A DNA stretch of 63,990 nucleotides, the filler included. It is 7 parts of 7 records of this genome, joined end to end, with 100 filler letters (N's around TTAATTAATTAA, not from the genome) between each part and the next. Parts side by side here need not be neighbours in the genome. Positions count along the whole stretch, not along the records: positions 60,496 to 63,990 come from SRR20825010_1558; 6 more parts are not named here. One strand, given 5' to 3'. This document shows, in pieces, positions 60,496 through 63,990 of this stretch. How positions within the stretch are numbered: the stretch's first letter is position 1; each line of letters starts with the position of its first letter. The notes under the pieces are model-generated. The model searched no databases and was not told where the DNA came from. It saw only the letters and a list, made by a program, of their open reading frames with translations. Position numbers and translations under genes: made by a program.

Positions 60496-61076
60496 GACTT
60501 TCAGAGAATACCATCGTAGTTTACGTCACTGATAACGGCTGGATTCAATATGTACCGGAAACCGACCAGGAACGGCAGAAAATGAAGCGTCGTTTTCGGT
60601 ATGCTCCCAAATCGAAACGGAGCCCCTATGATGGCGGGGTTCGGACACCGATCATGTTTCGCTGGCCGGGAAAAATTAAACCGGCTGATTACGATACACT
60701 GGTCAGCAGTATTGATATTGCTCCTACATTGCTCGATGCTGTCGGTTTGAAGCCGACAAAAGATATGCAGGGCATTAATTTACTGGAGGTGATGCGTCAG
60801 GGAGGAAAAACAAAACGAGATGCCCTGTTTGGCGATATTTATGAGCATGATATGATCGACATTGACAATCCTGCTTCGAGTCTGAACTATCGCTGGTGCG
60901 TCCAGGGTGACTGGAAGGCTATTTTCCCGAGCTCGCGCCTGAAAGATGAAAAAGTAGAATTGTATAACATCACCGCAGATCCCTTCGAGCAGAATAACCT
61001 GGTTTCGAAACATCCCGAAAAAGCAAAGCAGCTTTTGAAATTGACAGATCAGTGGTGGGATGCAGGTTCTCAATAA
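60496..61076 (+). CDS. Sulfatase C-terminal part, 5' truncated
   Basis: ENTIVVYVTDNG, KRSPYDGGVRTP, SSIDIAPTLL, ELYNITADPFEQNNL. Confidence 0.88.
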
Positions 61077-61088
61077 TCCTGAATGATC

Positions 61089-61130
61089 AAAAACCAGAGC
61101 AGATCGCTAACGCAGAACTGCTCTGGTCTT
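61089..61130. terminator. Hairpin between convergent genes
   Basis: ACCAGAGCAG ... CTGCTCTGGT with A- and T-rich flanks. Confidence 0.6.
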
Positions 61131-61247
61131 CTTTGCCACTTTTAAAGAACAGGAAAACGGAAATTACACCAGGTTTCCATTACCACTCGCATCTCCTGAA
61201 CCGTCCAGGCTCATCGAATTGACGGGGAGTTGGTGATGGATGAGATT

Positions 61248-61571
61248 TTAGTGGCGATGACGGCGTCGTCCACCGTCCCAGTGCCCCGTCTGGTGATAGT
61301 CGTAGTGTCCTGGAACGTAATCGTAGTGATTACCATGACGCTGGAAGCCACCGGGATGATAGTCATAGTGACTGGTATCATGCCAGAATGAGTGACGCCG
61401 GCCATAGTAGTAGGGGGTCTGGTTATATCCGTAGCCCTGGGTTCCATAGTACCCGCCGTAACCATTTCCAATAGTGATGCCGAAATTCACGCCGCCTGCC
61501 TGAGCCGAAGATGTCGTTCCAACGAATGCCAAACCTGCGAATGCGACACAAATGATCAATATTTTTTTCAT
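61248..61571 (-). CDS. Small exported Gly/Tyr/His-rich protein
   Basis: Signal peptide ending AQA; repeated HYDYH/HYDYV units; GGAG RBS. Confidence 0.8.
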   Translation of the reverse strand: MKKILIICVAFAGLAFVGTTSSAQAGGVNFGITIGNGYGGYYGTQGYGYNQTPYYYGRRHSFWHDTSHYDYHPGGFQRHGNHYDYVPGHYDYHQTGHWDGGRRRHRH

Positions 61572-61639
61572 CTCTCCATTCCTTAAAAGAAATTACAGTC
61601 TTGTTTGAATCTCACGACCGCTTCTGAAGGATGTTAAAA

Positions 61640-61656
61640 AGCATCGATTGTGCCAA
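61640..61656 (-). promoter_or_regulatory. Sigma54-type -24/-12 promoter
   Basis: Minus strand TTGGCACAATCGATGCT (GG-N10-GC), about 70 bp upstream of ATG 61571. Confidence 0.6.
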
Positions 61657-61831
61657 TTAAACAGGGATCTCTCTAAGTGAATGATATTATTGGCTTTAAT
61701 GAAAATGCTACTGTTAATGATTAAATAGAGTGTGCGCTCAAAATGATAAAAATGATATCAAAATGATGATTGTTTGCAGGCTGTTTTCGGCAGATTCCTG
61801 CATCGAATCAGGAGTAGAGGAGATCGGAGGG

Positions 61832-63990
61832 TCAACCATTTGTTCGAATGGTCATGGCTTTAATGGGTGCTAACAGACGACTGAAGTCACGTACACGATC
61901 CATGGTCGTGGAGATTTCAGTCTGAAGTTTCTCGGTGTGCGAACCATACCCCAGTCGTCTGGCAAGGAATTCGAACTCTTCCTGATCTTGAGGCGGGACT
62001 GTTAAATCCTTGGCATTTCCTCTGACCATGCGAAGTGCATCGATGAGTCTGCGGAGGAATATATAGGCATTTCGAAGCTTCACGTAATCATCAGGACTGA
62101 TTAACCCCAGTTCTTTGAGCGAGTCAATCCCTTCCAGTGTATTCGTGGTTCGCAATCCCGGATTCCGATGACCATAGGTGATCTGCAGGCTTTGGATGAG
62201 GTATTCACAATCAACGAGTCCCCCATCCCCAAGTTTAGCATTGATGGTCCCTCCCTTGACGAGTTGCTGAATCTGCTTCTCTCGCATGGCCAGCATGGCA
62301 GCGACGTCGAACGGTTTGCCACTATAGATGATGGTATCCCTCATGCGGATAATCTGGTTTCCGAATTCTTCATCCGCGGCAATCGGGCGGAGTTTTACCA
62401 GTGCCTGTCTTTCGTAAGGCCAGGCTGCTCCCTCGTGAGAAAAGTAACTCTGGAATGCTTCGGCTGAAACAGCCAGGCTGCCTGCCTGACCATAAGGTCG
62501 CAGGCGGAGGTCAATCTGGAAAATCCCCTCACTTCTGGTCTTGATCATCTTGCTGAATTTTTCAACCAGTTTCAGATAGTATTCGTTGTTAGTGATGATT
62601 TCAGGTCCGGTAGTCTGGCCGGAACCTTCATAGATAAACATCAGCTCAATATCAGAGGCGAAGCCCAGTTCACGTCCGCCACACTTACCCAGCGCGCAGA
62701 TGGAAATTCGACAGAGGTCTTCCGTCTCCAGTTGAGGGACGCCATACCGTTCCTGTAATTGCAGGTCACAGATTTCATAGGCACCCTGGACAACGACTTC
62801 CGCCACATCAGTCAGTTCATCTGAAAACTGTCCAAATTCAGAAATATGACCCAGGATGTGTCGCATATCAGTGCGTAACATGGCCCGGTCTTTGAATGCG
62901 TTCAGGCGTTCCTGCTGATCCTCCGCTGAAGTTGCCTCTGCCAGTTCCCGTGCGAGTTCTGCTTTTAAATCTGCAAAGGAAATGCGGTTTTTTAACTCTT
63001 CCACGTTCGCGACCACCGGGAAGAGGTTCGAATGTTGCAACCGCAGGAAGTCTTCCCAGAGGAAATCACTTACGCCCAGCAGTCTGGCCAGTGCGCTGAG
63101 AACGCTTGTGCGTTCAAGCGATGAGATTTCTTCTACCCAGTTTGGTTGTTTAAACAAATGCTCCAGGAATTCACGGAAATGCAGTAATGCAGATTCCGGA
63201 TTAGGTGATCGCGGCAGCAGATGCGTAAAATGTTTGATGAGCACGATGGCCGCCCGCAATCCCTGTTGTTGTGCTTCAGCACTGATTTTCTCCCCTTTGT
63301 CATCAGTGACATAGAGGACATCGCTGACCTTGTTTCCTTCAGAATCAATGACCATTCGGGCGATATCGATGCCGCTCATGGAAAGCGCATTTGTCAGTTC
63401 ATAGAGAAATCCGATCGTATCCTCGGATTGAATCCTTAAGATGGTGTAGCGTGTATCGGTATCGTTATCCAGTTCAATTTCCACCGGATATAACATCTGG
63501 CTGGCTTGAGGCAAATCGTGCAGCGCCCCGGCGACACGCTTGGCAAGTTCTCCTACAGCCTCCTGAATTTTTCCGGTTTCAACTTTATGCAGTAGTTCCG
63601 TCAGATCATTTTTATAGCTGATCCAGAACGACGGCTGAACTGCAGCATCAGATGCTTTGACATCGAGCACGATGACGAACTTGCGCGTACTTTTCGACTT
63701 TTCACTGGGTTTGGGGGAACGGCTTTGAGCAGCAGCAGCAGGTTTGACTTTCTGATTGGTAAACAGGTGACCTTGCTGGATATCAAAGCCATAGACGAAC
63801 AGCAGTCCGCAGATCAGAGACAGGTCCCCTGTCTGATCGAAGCCGACCATGGTGAGTCGCACCTGGTCTTCCGGGATTTTTTCCGTCTGAAGTTCTACAT
63901 TATTGGTTTCACTCAGCTTGCGGGCCATCTGGCTGTGTTTTTCGATTTCCGCTTCATTAAAGACTTTCGAGTAGGAAGCAGCCATCATGC
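61832..63990 (-). CDS. glnE: Glutamine synthetase adenylyltransferase GlnE with GlnD-like ACT domains, 5' end beyond window
   Basis: ALGKCGGRELGFASDIEL, IDLRLRPYGQAG, YERQAL, KLGDGGLVDCEY; ACT-like DQTGDLSLICG and DTIGFLYELTNAL. Confidence 0.85.
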   Translation of the reverse strand, partial: MMAASYSKVFNEAEIEKHSQMARKLSETNNVELQTEKIPEDQVRLTMVGFDQTGDLSLICGLLFVYGFDIQQGHLFTNQKVKPAAAAQSRSPKPSEKSKSTRKFVIVLDVKASDAAVQPSFWISYKNDLTELLHKVETGKIQEAVGELAKRVAGALHDLPQASQMLYPVEIELDNDTDTRYTILRIQSEDTIGFLYELTNALSMSGIDIARMVIDSEGNKVSDVLYVTDDKGEKISAEAQQQGLRAAIVLIKHFTHLLPRSPNPESALLHFREFLEHLFKQPNWVEEISSLERTSVLSALARLLGVSDFLWEDFLRLQHSNLFPVVANVEELKNRISFADLKAELARELAEATSAEDQQERLNAFKDRAMLRTDMRHILGHISEFGQFSDELTDVAEVVVQGAYEICDLQLQERYGVPQLETEDLCRISICALGKCGGRELGFASDIELMFIYEGSGQTTGPEIITNNEYYLKLVEKFSKMIKTRSEGIFQIDLRLRPYGQAGSLAVSAEAFQSYFSHEGAAWPYERQALVKLRPIAADEEFGNQIIRMRDTIIYSGKPFDVAAMLAMREKQIQQLVKGGTINAKLGDGGLVDCEYLIQSLQITYGHRNPGLRTTNTLEGIDSLKELGLISPDDYVKLRNAYIFLRRLIDALRMVRGNAKDLTVPPQDQEEFEFLARRLGYGSHTEKLQTEISTTMDRVRDFSRLLAPIKAMTIRTNG

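Overview
The window is not one locus. It is seven unrelated, metagenome-style contigs joined by artificial 100-nt spacers (44 N + TTAATTAATTAA + 44 N). Taxon labels are inferred from gene content and composition only. A (1-10522, Cytophagales/Algoriphagus-like): co-oriented cluster of a Crp/Fnr regulator, rhodanese, DUF547, FAD oxidoreductase, membrane polyferredoxin, two GT2s, a lipoprotein and a GT-C-like membrane glycosyltransferase. B (10623-23316, Cytophagales/Roseivirga-like): a NarL-type two-component pair followed by seven exported proteins, mostly uncharacterised, including a signal-peptide-bearing TPR-CHAT protease. They form four transcription units, each headed by the same 18-bp palindrome placed exactly 54 bp from a Bacteroidota -7-like promoter element. 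This is the best candidate for an undescribed system. C (23417-30288, Flavobacteriales-like): PRMT-like methyltransferase, OmpA-domain protein, TPR-PP2C, typA. D (30389-47807, Alcanivorax-like): tRNA-Leu, RDD, queA-tgt-yajC-secD-secF, a six-gene catabolic insert, suhB, trmJ, cysE, and heptamer-built inverted-repeat elements. E (47908-56153, gammaproteobacterium): AbfD/HpaB-family gene, rpe, an unannotated WRWR leader peptide, trpE, and an arsenic-resistance/cbpAM mosaic with gene remnants. F (56254-60395, Limnobacter-like): hydrolases, reductase, ada/ogt. G (60496-63990, Gimesia-like planctomycete): sulfatase, a small secreted His/Tyr/Gly protein with a sigma54-type promoter, and an ACT-containing glnE. 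No CRISPR array, rRNA, transposase or integrase was seen.
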